This document shows, piece by piece, positions 9,643 to 17,654 of a stretch of 64,000 nt of DNA. This stretch comes from an uncultured Eubacteriales bacterium (GTDB lineage Bacteria; Bacillota; Clostridia; Oscillospirales; Acutalibacteraceae). The notes below the pieces were generated by a model that did not search any database, had not been told where the DNA came from, and saw only the letters and a list, made by a program, of their open reading frames with translations. How positions within the stretch are numbered: the first letter of the stretch is position 1; every line of letters starts with the position of its first letter. The stretch is from assembly GCA_905198155.1 (NCBI GenBank), contig CAJKBQ010000004.1:28875-92874 (forward strand), given 5' to 3'. A program made the position numbers and the translations under genes.

Positions 9643-9756
9643 AACGATATGTACGTATGTACACAGCGAGAAGGCGATGTTCGCCAATATACAGGAGGTG
9701 CCGATGAACAAGGAGCTTGAACGACTGAATGATGAAAAACCCGTAATGAGGCAAAG

Positions 9757-10008
9757 ATGCGACAACTGAAAAATGAGATCAAGGCTATGGAAGCCGCTGA
9801 AAAAGGGCTTCTCCGGAAGCAGCGGAACCGGAGAATCTTCACTCGCGGCGGGATGTTGGAAGCATTCCTTCTGAAACCGCTGCTGCTGACCGACAAACAG
9901 GTACACGAGCTCCTGCTCACGGCGTTCCGTCAGCCTGCCGTTGACGCGCTCCTAAAGGCGATGATCCAAAACGCCGGAAAAGAAGACACCGGGGATGAGA
10001 CCCGATGA
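9757..10008 (+). CDS. Small coiled-coil hypothetical protein (possible relaxosome accessory, DUF3847-like).
   Basis: An 83-aa ORF directly upstream of the relaxase. A 21-codon ORF with a strong RBS (CAGGAGGTG) at 9703 in another frame could be its N-terminus if a frameshift is present. Confidence 0.3.
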   Translation: MRQLKNEIKAMEAAEKGLLRKQRNRRIFTRGGMLEAFLLKPLLLTDKQVHELLLTAFRQPAVDALLKAMIQNAGKEDTGDETR

Positions 10009-10059
10009 AAGAGGGCGCAATTATACACCGGTTTCCCGGTGCTCTTGCGTTTACAAGGT

Positions 10060-10135
10060 TGTTGGATTCTCGCAGGCTCCAATCACAGGGGCAAGCCCCT
10101 GCGCCGTTCCGGCTACCCTGTTTTAAGGTCGCAAA
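10060..10135 (+). other. Candidate oriT: inverted repeat CAGGGGCaaGCCCCTG followed by a GGCTACCCTG nick-like core.
   Basis: The IR lies in the ~150-bp intergenic region immediately upstream of the MobA/MobL relaxase. The downstream core resembles MOBQ-type YATCCTG nick sequences. Weak, position-based call. Confidence 0.3.
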
Positions 10136-10163
10136 GCGCGACTTGTGGGAATGGAGGTGATTC

Positions 10164-11696
10164 ATTATCGCATGTCCGCATTTTTCAATCTCTATCCGGC
10201 AAAGAAGCAAACCGCAGTCCGCCGTTGCCGGAGCCGCCTATCAGAGCGGCGAAAAGTTTTTCAGCGAGTACGACTTGAAGACAAAAAACTACAGCTATAA
10301 ATCCGGCGAGGTCTTGGCAAAAGGCATTCTCCTTCCACCCAATGCTCCGCCGGAATACGCAGACCGTCAGGCACTGTGGAATGCCGCCGAGAAGGTCGAA
10401 GGACAATGGAACGCCCAGCTTGCGCGGGGAATCATCATGGCGCTGCCAATAGAACTGCCCAAAAACGAATATGAAGCCTTGATCCGCGATTACTGCCGGG
10501 AGCAATTTGTCTCCCGCGGCATGATCGCGGACTTTGCGATTCACGACAAAGGCGACGGCAATCCTCACGCGCATATTCTGCTGACAATGCGGGCGATGAA
10601 CGAAAACGGGAAGTGGCTTCCGAAAGCGCGCAAGGTTTACGATCTCGACGAAAACGGCGAACGCATCCGGCTCCCGTCCGGCGAATGGAAAAGCCATAAG
10701 GAAAACACCGTTGACTGGAACGACAGAAAGTACGCCGAGGTTTGGCGTACCGAATGGGCGAAGGCGGTCAATCGGTATTTTGAGAAAAACGGTATCCCCG
10801 AACGGCTCGATCTTCGCTCCTTTGAGCGCCAGGGCAAGGCGGAGCTTCCGACGATTCATCTCGGTCCGGCGGTCGCCCACATGGAGGAAAAAGGAATCCG
10901 CACGGAGATCGGTGAATACAACCGCCGGATAAAAGAGCATAACAGCGCGCTTTCTTCGCTGCGGCGACTGCTGACCGATCTGTCCGCCTGGCTCAAATCC
11001 GTGGTGCGGAAGATTTCGGAATTCACCGAGAAAGAAGCACCCCAGCCCACGATTCTGGATTTTGTCAATGCCTATTATGATATGAGAAAGAATCAGCGTT
11101 TTGACTGGAATAAATACGCGAAACAAAAAGGTTCTGTCGTAGATTTGAAGCAACGTTCTAAAATCTTCAACTGGCTGCAGGAAACAGGGATCACAACTAT
11201 GGAAGATTTCAAGGTCATGCTTAAATCCCAACAGCCGATTATCGACAAAGTCAAAGCCAACGAAAAGCGCATCAAGCGTCTGGAAACCGGCATCGGTTAT
11301 ATCGACACCAGCGCACGCCTGAAGCCGATTGCCGATAAATCCAAGCGTGGATTCAAAAGTATAAGAGAAAAGTATGCAGAGGCACACGGGGACGAACTCG
11401 CCGAATACAACAAAGCAATTCGGTATTTGAAAGCAAACAACATCACCAACGAAGACCGTGAAAAGCTTGCAGCCGAAGTGCGGATGCTCAAAAAGGAAAA
11501 CAAGAAGCTCAATGACCAACTGCAATCTGCAAATATGGATTCGGAAATTATCCGGCAAATCCGGTATTGTGTGGACACAGTGCTCCATGAAGCAGAGATT
11601 CCAGAGAAAAAAGAAAGTGTCATGGTGATGTTGAAAGCAGATAGGACACCCGCACCGCAGAAAAGGATTCACAAAAAAGAGGAGCTGTCAATGTAA
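10164..11696 (+). CDS. MobA/MobL family relaxase.
   Basis: The HxH motif DKGDGNPHAHILLTMRAM is present. The conserved N-terminus ...IACPHFSISIRQRSKPQSAVAGAAYQSGEKF (catalytic Tyr region) is in frame upstream of the first canonical start (TTG at 10275). The frame opens after the TGA at 10158, and only ATT/ATC codons are available as start. Confidence 0.75.
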   Translation: MIACPHFSISIRQRSKPQSAVAGAAYQSGEKFFSEYDLKTKNYSYKSGEVLAKGILLPPNAPPEYADRQALWNAAEKVEGQWNAQLARGIIMALPIELPKNEYEALIRDYCREQFVSRGMIADFAIHDKGDGNPHAHILLTMRAMNENGKWLPKARKVYDLDENGERIRLPSGEWKSHKENTVDWNDRKYAEVWRTEWAKAVNRYFEKNGIPERLDLRSFERQGKAELPTIHLGPAVAHMEEKGIRTEIGEYNRRIKEHNSALSSLRRLLTDLSAWLKSVVRKISEFTEKEAPQPTILDFVNAYYDMRKNQRFDWNKYAKQKGSVVDLKQRSKIFNWLQETGITTMEDFKVMLKSQQPIIDKVKANEKRIKRLETGIGYIDTSARLKPIADKSKRGFKSIREKYAEAHGDELAEYNKAIRYLKANNITNEDREKLAAEVRMLKKENKKLNDQLQSANMDSEIIRQIRYCVDTVLHEAEIPEKKESVMVMLKADRTPAPQKRIHKKEELSM

Positions 11697-12015
11697 CCGC
11701 AAGGATGATTTGACTTGAGCCTCGATTCATCAAAGACAGCAGAAATAAGACATCGTCATCGCAGTACGTGGATGACAGAAAGTGAGTTGTATATGAAATA
11801 ATGCTTGAATAGCTGGCTGGCTGGAAAGGACTTGTATTTGGAAAACTACAGGAACGAATTGATGCAGGATCGAAACTTTATTCGCTGCTCCGTTATGATA
11901 GCTGAACTGCTGTTAAAATATAAGACGAAAGAAATCGGTGATACGGAGGATAACGGGGAACCCACCGGTTCCCCGCCCTCGGAATTTACATATAGGTACT
12001 TGATAATATCTGTGT

Positions 12016-12050
12016 CATTGTTTATAATAAACCCATATAGAAAAATACTA
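12016..12050 (+). promoter_or_regulatory. Sigma-A-like promoter TTGATA-17-TATAAT upstream of the recombinase remnant.
   Basis: Hexamers with 17-nt spacing in the AT-rich region. Confidence 0.4.
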
Positions 12051-12113
12051 CTGACAATATAATGAAACATGGAAAAGCGTTAGAGGATTTTACGGAAAGG
12101 AGATGAGCTGTTC

Positions 12114-13432
12114 ATGGAGAACGCATATATCTATACTCGTGTTTCCACGCTCATACAGGTGGATGGCTTCTCTCTTGATGCGCAGGAAGAAGAAATCAGA
12201 GACTTTGCCAAGAGGCGGGACATCAGCATCGTAGGAAAATACTCTGATGAAGGCAAATCCGGCAAGAACGCCGAACACAGACCTGCGTTCAGCCAAATGA
12301 TGGAGGATATATCACCCGCAAGCTGAATGATGAAAATGTAACGAGGCAGCAGCGCGGAAATACAAAGATTTCCGGGTTTACTGATAGAACGATCCGGGCT
12401 ATTCTGAAAAATCCTGTCTACGAAGGCAAGATTGCCTATGGCCGCCGCCATACGGTAAAAGTTGAGGGTACAAACAACGAGACAAAGGTCGTAAAACAGG
12501 ATGACGAAAGTAAAATCATACTGGTCGATGGCTTACACGACGCAATTATATCCGAGGAAACCTTTGAAAGAGCCCAGAGTCTTCTTGCAAAACGCGCAGC
12601 CCACAGGAAAACCCGCAGTGACAGCACCAATATTTATCCGTTGACGGGCCTCATCAAATGCCCGGATTGCGGCAAAAACCTTTTCGGGTATACGGCTCCG
12701 CAAAGGCCGCGAAAAAACGGAAAGGAAGGCTTTTATCCCCGGTATATTTCCTATCGCTGTATTTCCGGCAGAGACCGAAACGGACTGATCTGTTCATTGG
12801 CAAACAAGTATTACAGTGGCACTAAGCTGGAAAAGGAGGTGCGCGATGTTATCTCCGCGATGGTAACGATCCCGGAATTTGTAGAATTGATCTCAAAGAA
12901 AGTAGACTGTGAAACCGATATTGAGCGTCTAAGAAAGAAACGAGCCGGAATTGAAGCCGAGCACAATAAATACAGAAACAATCTCATGCAGACCGAAAAA
13001 AGACTTTCAGAGCTGGATGCCGGTGACAGACATTATGAGAAAAAGGTTGACAGTCTGAACCGCGTATTAGATGATATCTACGACAAGCTGGATGATACTC
13101 AGACAAGGCTGGATCAGGTCGATGACGAAATCACGATGGTACAGAAATCCACCATGACGAAGGAATCCATCTTTGAAATGCTGGAAGGGTTCAGCAAATA
13201 CTACGATGTAATGTCCCCGGAGGACAAGAAAGGACTGCTGCGAGCCATGATTTCTTCCATAGAAATCAACGAGCTCCCAAAGGGAAAACGGGCAGACGGG
13301 CGTCTGATTAAAACCATCCACTTTACATTCCCTGTGACCTATGACGGAGAAAGTGGAGTCTTGTTTGTCAGCAATACAGGCGGTGAAGTTGAAACCGTCT
13401 GTCTCCTCACCAAACACGCAGAAAGTAAATAA
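12114..13432 (+). pseudogene. Large serine recombinase, internally deleted and frameshifted.
   Basis: The N-terminal 70 aa (MENAYIYTRVST..., catalytic Ser present) stop at 12326. The recombinase-domain tail (…ITRKLNDENV…IRAILKNPVYEGK…), the Zn ribbon (CPDCGKNLFGY) and the coiled-coil continue in the -1 frame, open from 12246. About 150 aa are missing: the rest of the catalytic domain, helix E and the start of the recombinase domain. Confidence 0.75.
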
Positions 13433-13511
13433 AATCCAATCCACTCGGTCTCTTCGTCCCATTTTTATTTCCATAAAATAAAACATTCCCAATTTTCGAT
13501 TTTCGAGCGAG

Positions 13512-13560
13512 AAAAGATAACAGCCCCCGTTCTGCTGCAAATTTGCCGCAGGACGGGGAC
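13512..13560 (-). terminator. Rho-independent terminator for the ABC substrate-binding-protein gene.
   Basis: Hairpin CCCCGTTCTGC...GCAGGACGGGG followed by a T-rich tract on the minus strand. Confidence 0.6.
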
Positions 13561-13591
13561 TGAGGATTTGTGGATATGTCAGGTATCGCGA

Positions 13592-15223
13592 TTATTTGCC
13601 GCTGGTGAAGCGATCGTACGCACTCTGATACGCGCCGATCAGTTCGTCGAGGTGCAGCTTCGCAAAGCCGTCGCAGTAGTCTTTCCACACCGCGTCATCG
13701 CTCGGGTTTTTGGTTCCGGTGATAAACGCGCCGTTCCACTCTTTGACGTACTCTTGCAACTCGGTCTGATAGGTTGTGACGACGTTCGTCTCTTCCTCGT
13801 TCATCGTGCCATACAGGAACGGTACTTCCTCTTCGTAGGGCTTGGTGTTCTTGATGTAGCCCATCTGGCGGGAGCGGTTGTTGCTCGCACCGGCCAGCAC
13901 CGCATTTTTGAACGTATCGTAGCGGCCGAGGTTGGAGAAGATGATGGCGTAGCCTTGGTACGGGCCGTTGGCTTCCGCATCGTAGTCACCCGGGATGATG
14001 TAGTTGTACTCGGTATGATCTGCGTTCGCCCACTCCCACGTCACGTTTTCCGGACCGTAGGTGCCGGCGATGCCGTACATCCCGGAGCCTTTCACGACTT
14101 CTTCGCTCGCGAACAGCACGTCGAGCATCTGGCAGATTTCCTTGGCGTATTTCGACTCCGCGTTGACCGCCGTACCGGTCGGCGCAATCACGTTGCCGGC
14201 GTAGATTTTCCGCTCACTGTCGTACTTGGAGGTCAGCGGCGCGAGCACCTGCAGCTTTTCAAAGTCGCCGTTGAACGCAGCTTCCGTCGCATTGCCCCAG
14301 CCGTCCTGGCCGAACGCCAGCTTGCGGTCGTTGATCATCGACGCTTTGGTGGAATTGTCGAGGGTGAGGTATTCCTGATGCAGCAGCCCTTCCGCATACA
14401 GCTGGTTCAGATACTGCATCGTCAGCCGGTACTGGTCGCTGTCGCGATCGTACACGACTTTGCCGTTGGCATCCGCGTAAAAGTCCGGAGAGGTCGCCGG
14501 GCCGAACGCCGAGAAGAAATAGTAGTCGCCGTTGCTGCCCCAGATGTGAGCCGAAACGTTGTCCGCATACGGCGCGCCGCCGAGTTTTTCTTTCAGCGTG
14601 ACCAGCGCATCGTGGAATTCGTCCACGGTGGTCGGCACTTTGATGTTGTACTCTTCGAGCAGGCTGGCATTGTAGTGCATCCGGACGATGGAGCTGGTGG
14701 GACCGTTGTCAATTTTCAGCAGTTTATAGATGCCGCCGTTGGATGCCATGCAGCGTTTTTTGGCCGCAAAGTTTTCGTAGTCTTTATAGGTTTGCTGCAG
14801 GTTCGGCATCACATCGGCGTAATCTTCGTAGTTGACGATTTTTTTGCCGACGACACCCCATTCTTCGATCAGGTCATCAGTGAATCCGTCGTGGAACAGA
14901 TCCGGCCAGTTGCCGGCCGCGATATAGACCGCCCGCTGATCGCCCGGGATAATCTTCCAGTCCACTTTGATGTTCGTGATTTTCTCCATCTCGTCCCAAG
15001 TGATGCGCGTGTTGGTTTTCTGGGAACCGAACACCACACCGGAGACCGTGACTTTGTCTTTCACGAGCGGGTAGATCGACGTTTCCGCCGCGCTGGACGT
15101 GTCCGCTTTGGACTCCGTGCCGGACGGCGTGGGCACAGTCGAGCTGGCCGGCGTTTTGGCGCAGGCCGCGAGGCTCACGCACAGGCAGAGTGCCAGTGCG
15201 AGCGCGAGCAATTTTTTGTACAT
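13592..15223 (-). CDS. ABC transporter substrate-binding lipoprotein (large extracellular solute-binding protein, copy 1).
   Basis: Signal peptide plus lipobox MYKKLLALALALCLCVSLAAC. An RBS (AGGAGGAAG) precedes the start. The protein is ~540 aa, of the LplA/YtcQ-type family. Confidence 0.85.
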   Translation of the reverse strand: MYKKLLALALALCLCVSLAACAKTPASSTVPTPSGTESKADTSSAAETSIYPLVKDKVTVSGVVFGSQKTNTRITWDEMEKITNIKVDWKIIPGDQRAVYIAAGNWPDLFHDGFTDDLIEEWGVVGKKIVNYEDYADVMPNLQQTYKDYENFAAKKRCMASNGGIYKLLKIDNGPTSSIVRMHYNASLLEEYNIKVPTTVDEFHDALVTLKEKLGGAPYADNVSAHIWGSNGDYYFFSAFGPATSPDFYADANGKVVYDRDSDQYRLTMQYLNQLYAEGLLHQEYLTLDNSTKASMINDRKLAFGQDGWGNATEAAFNGDFEKLQVLAPLTSKYDSERKIYAGNVIAPTGTAVNAESKYAKEICQMLDVLFASEEVVKGSGMYGIAGTYGPENVTWEWANADHTEYNYIIPGDYDAEANGPYQGYAIIFSNLGRYDTFKNAVLAGASNNRSRQMGYIKNTKPYEEEVPFLYGTMNEEETNVVTTYQTELQEYVKEWNGAFITGTKNPSDDAVWKDYCDGFAKLHLDELIGAYQSAYDRFTSGK

Positions 15224-15307
15224 AGTTGACTTCCTCCTAAAAAATTGAAATTTTTCTATTCGCAACGCTGCCGCTGCAGTCGGCGGCGCAGGAATCAAAG
15301 TGAGATT

Positions 15308-16216
15308 TCAGCCTTTGACCGACCCGATCATCACGCCCTTGACAAAATATTTCTGCAAGAACGGATACAGGATCAGCACCGGCAGCGACGATACCACGAT
15401 CACCGCAAACTTAATCTGCTGCGCAATTTTATACATTTCGTCCGCATTTTCCTGATCGAACGAGCCGTTGACCATGCTGGACTGCGTAATCGCTTCGACC
15501 AGGATGGTGCGCAGCACCAGCTGGAGCGGGCGTTTGTTTTGGTCGTAAATATACATCATCGCGTTGAAGTAGCTGTTCCACTGTTCGACGGCGAAGTACA
15601 GCACCATCACGCCCAGCAGCGCCTGCGAGATCGGCAGCACGATCTGCAGAAAATACCGCATCGGCGAGCAGCCGTCGATTGCGGCCGCCTCCCCCATCTC
15701 CGCCGGGATTGACGAAAAGAACGTCCGGCAGATAATGCAGTTGTAGCAGTTGAACGCGCCAAGAATCAGCAGCACCGCGCGGGTGTTGTACAGCCCCAGG
15801 TTTTTGATGAGCAGGAACGTCGGGATCATCCCGCCGCCGAAATACATCGTGAACATGAAGATGCCCATGAAGATATTTTTGCCCGGCACCTTCCGCTGCG
15901 CCAGTGCGAATCCGCACGGCACCGTCACGACCATATCGATCAGCGTGCCGACCACGGTGTAAAAGAGTGTGTTGGCATAGCCGGTCATGATGCTGTCGTC
16001 CTGAAACACGCGGCGGTAGCCGGAGATTGTCACCTGCTTTGGCAGCAGGATCACTTCGCCGCTGTACACCGCGTCCGGCGAGCTGACCGACGCCGAAACG
16101 ACGTAAACCAGCGGGTAAATCACGATCACCAGCGCCAGCGCCAGCAGAACATATGCAATCGTCAGAAACACGCGGTCGCCGGCGGCCATCCGGATTTTAT
16201 TTTTCGTGTGAGCCAT
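15308..16216 (-). CDS. Carbohydrate ABC transporter permease (LplC/YtcP-like, copy 1).
   Basis: Multi-TM protein with an MetI-like EAA region. Confidence 0.85.
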   Translation of the reverse strand: MAHTKNKIRMAAGDRVFLTIAYVLLALALVIVIYPLVYVVSASVSSPDAVYSGEVILLPKQVTISGYRRVFQDDSIMTGYANTLFYTVVGTLIDMVVTVPCGFALAQRKVPGKNIFMGIFMFTMYFGGGMIPTFLLIKNLGLYNTRAVLLILGAFNCYNCIICRTFFSSIPAEMGEAAAIDGCSPMRYFLQIVLPISQALLGVMVLYFAVEQWNSYFNAMMYIYDQNKRPLQLVLRTILVEAITQSSMVNGSFDQENADEMYKIAQQIKFAVIVVSSLPVLILYPFLQKYFVKGVMIGSVKG

Positions 16217-16231
16217 ATCGTCCGCGCCCCC

Positions 16232-17182
16232 TTAGAACAAGCTGGTGTCGGTTGCTTTGCGCGAAAACGCGTTCGCGAGCAGCAGCAGCGCCACATTGAT
16301 GAGATTGTTGAACAGTCCGACGGCGGACGTGAAGCTGTAACTGGTGTTCAGAATGCCGCGCTTGTACACATACGTCGAAATCACTTCGGAAACTTCCTGA
16401 TTCAGGTCATTTTGGAGCAGATATACTTTTTCGTACCCCACGTTGACCAGCGACCCGATGCGCATGATCAGCAGGATCATGATCGTCGGCAGAATCGACG
16501 GCAGGTTGATGTGAATCACGCGCTGCAGCCGGCTGGCGCCGTCGATGGTGGCGGCCTCGTGCAGCTCCGGACTGACCCCGGCCAACGCTGCAATGTAAAT
16601 CACCGCGCCCCATCCGGTGCCCTGCCACACGCCCGACCAGACGTACATATGCCGGAACACGCCGGGCTGCGCCAAAAAGTAAATCCGGTCGCCGCCCAGC
16701 GCCGCAATCGCATGGTTCACGATGCCGATCGACGGCGAAAACATCACGTTAATCATGCCGACCATCACCACTGTCGAGATAAAGTGCGGCGCATACAGGA
16801 TGGTTTGCGACACTTTCCGGATTTTGGGTGTCACTTCGTTCAGCAGCAGCGCCAAAAGAATCGGGAACGGGAAGCTGACGAGCATCGAATATAGCGACAG
16901 GATCAGTGTATTTTTCATCAATCGCCAAAAGTAGTAGCCTTTGAAAAACGAGATGAAGTGCGTAAGCCCCACCCACGGGCTGCCCACGATGCCGTAGACG
17001 CCTTTGTAGTCTTTGAACGCGATCTGCAAACCGTACATCGGCTGGTAGCAAAAAATCAGTACGTAAATCAGCGCGGGGAGCATCATCAGGTAATACGTTT
17101 TCGCTTGCCGGATGTCGTTCCACAATCGCTTTCTGCGGGTCGCCCGTGCCGGAGCAGCAGCCGCAGCGGTTGGATTCTGCAT
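16232..17182 (-). CDS. Carbohydrate ABC transporter permease (LplB-like, copy 1).
   Basis: Start at MQNPTAAAAAP..., with an RBS (AGGAGGAAT). The longer ORF call is an upstream in-frame artefact. Confidence 0.8.
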   Translation of the reverse strand: MQNPTAAAAAPARATRRKRLWNDIRQAKTYYLMMLPALIYVLIFCYQPMYGLQIAFKDYKGVYGIVGSPWVGLTHFISFFKGYYFWRLMKNTLILSLYSMLVSFPFPILLALLLNEVTPKIRKVSQTILYAPHFISTVVMVGMINVMFSPSIGIVNHAIAALGGDRIYFLAQPGVFRHMYVWSGVWQGTGWGAVIYIAALAGVSPELHEAATIDGASRLQRVIHINLPSILPTIMILLIMRIGSLVNVGYEKVYLLQNDLNQEVSEVISTYVYKRGILNTSYSFTSAVGLFNNLINVALLLLANAFSRKATDTSLF

Positions 17183-17258
17183 ATTCGATTCCTCCTGAGA
17201 GATTTGTGCCGGGTGTTTCCGTCGTTTTGCACGGAAACGCTGTCCGGTCGATGGCACA

Positions 17259-17304
17259 ATTATATCCCGCCGCCGCAGAAAATGCAAGAGTAAAGTTTTG
17301 CAAG
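17259..17304 (-). promoter_or_regulatory. Promoter TTGCAT-17-TATAAT with an upstream direct-repeat motif CTTGCAaaactttactCTTGCA (operon copy 1).
   Basis: Hexamers with exact 17-nt spacing. The TGCAAAACTTTACT motif recurs at 21341-21362 and 21507-21520. Confidence 0.55.
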
Positions 17305-17557
17305 AAAAAATTTCTTTTTTTGAATACGATCTGAACAAATTTCCCGGAACGGATTTGTGCAGGGTGTTGATTTTCCGGGAAATATTGGGCTGTCAAGACC
17401 GCAAATGTTCAAATTTTTGCGCGGTCGCGGTTCTCAATTTTTGGGCGCGCAAAATATTGCTAAAATCCGTCCGGTTCCGCCGGGCCGCTTGGTGATCGCG
17501 CACAAAATTCAAAAACTGTATTTGACATATTAAATTTCTGTAAATGTGGTAAAATTT

Positions 17558-17611
17558 ATGTATAAAAATACCGCCCCTGTCCCGCGGCGAAATCGCCGGA
17601 AACAGGGGCGG
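17558..17611 (-). terminator. Rho-independent terminator after substrate-binding-protein copy 2.
   Basis: Hairpin CCGCCCCTGT...ACAGGGGCGG followed by a T-run on the minus strand. Confidence 0.6.
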
Positions 17612-17654
17612 ATTTATGGGGATTTGGAATGTTTATTCTGCGGGGTCGGTCGGA

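Noticed and set aside
10185-11672. 495-aa minus-strand ORF.
   Set aside because: Antisense to the MobA/MobL relaxase, which has clear motifs.
13568-15229. 553-aa plus-strand ORF rich in Arg/Val/Ala.
   Set aside because: It is antisense to the well-supported substrate-binding-protein gene. Long stop-free antisense frames are expected at about 60% GC. It has no RBS or domain.
17521-17560. Plus-strand promoter-like TTGACA...TAAAAT.
   Set aside because: The spacer is ~22 nt and nothing is transcribed downstream on the plus strand. The region serves as the minus-strand terminator flank.
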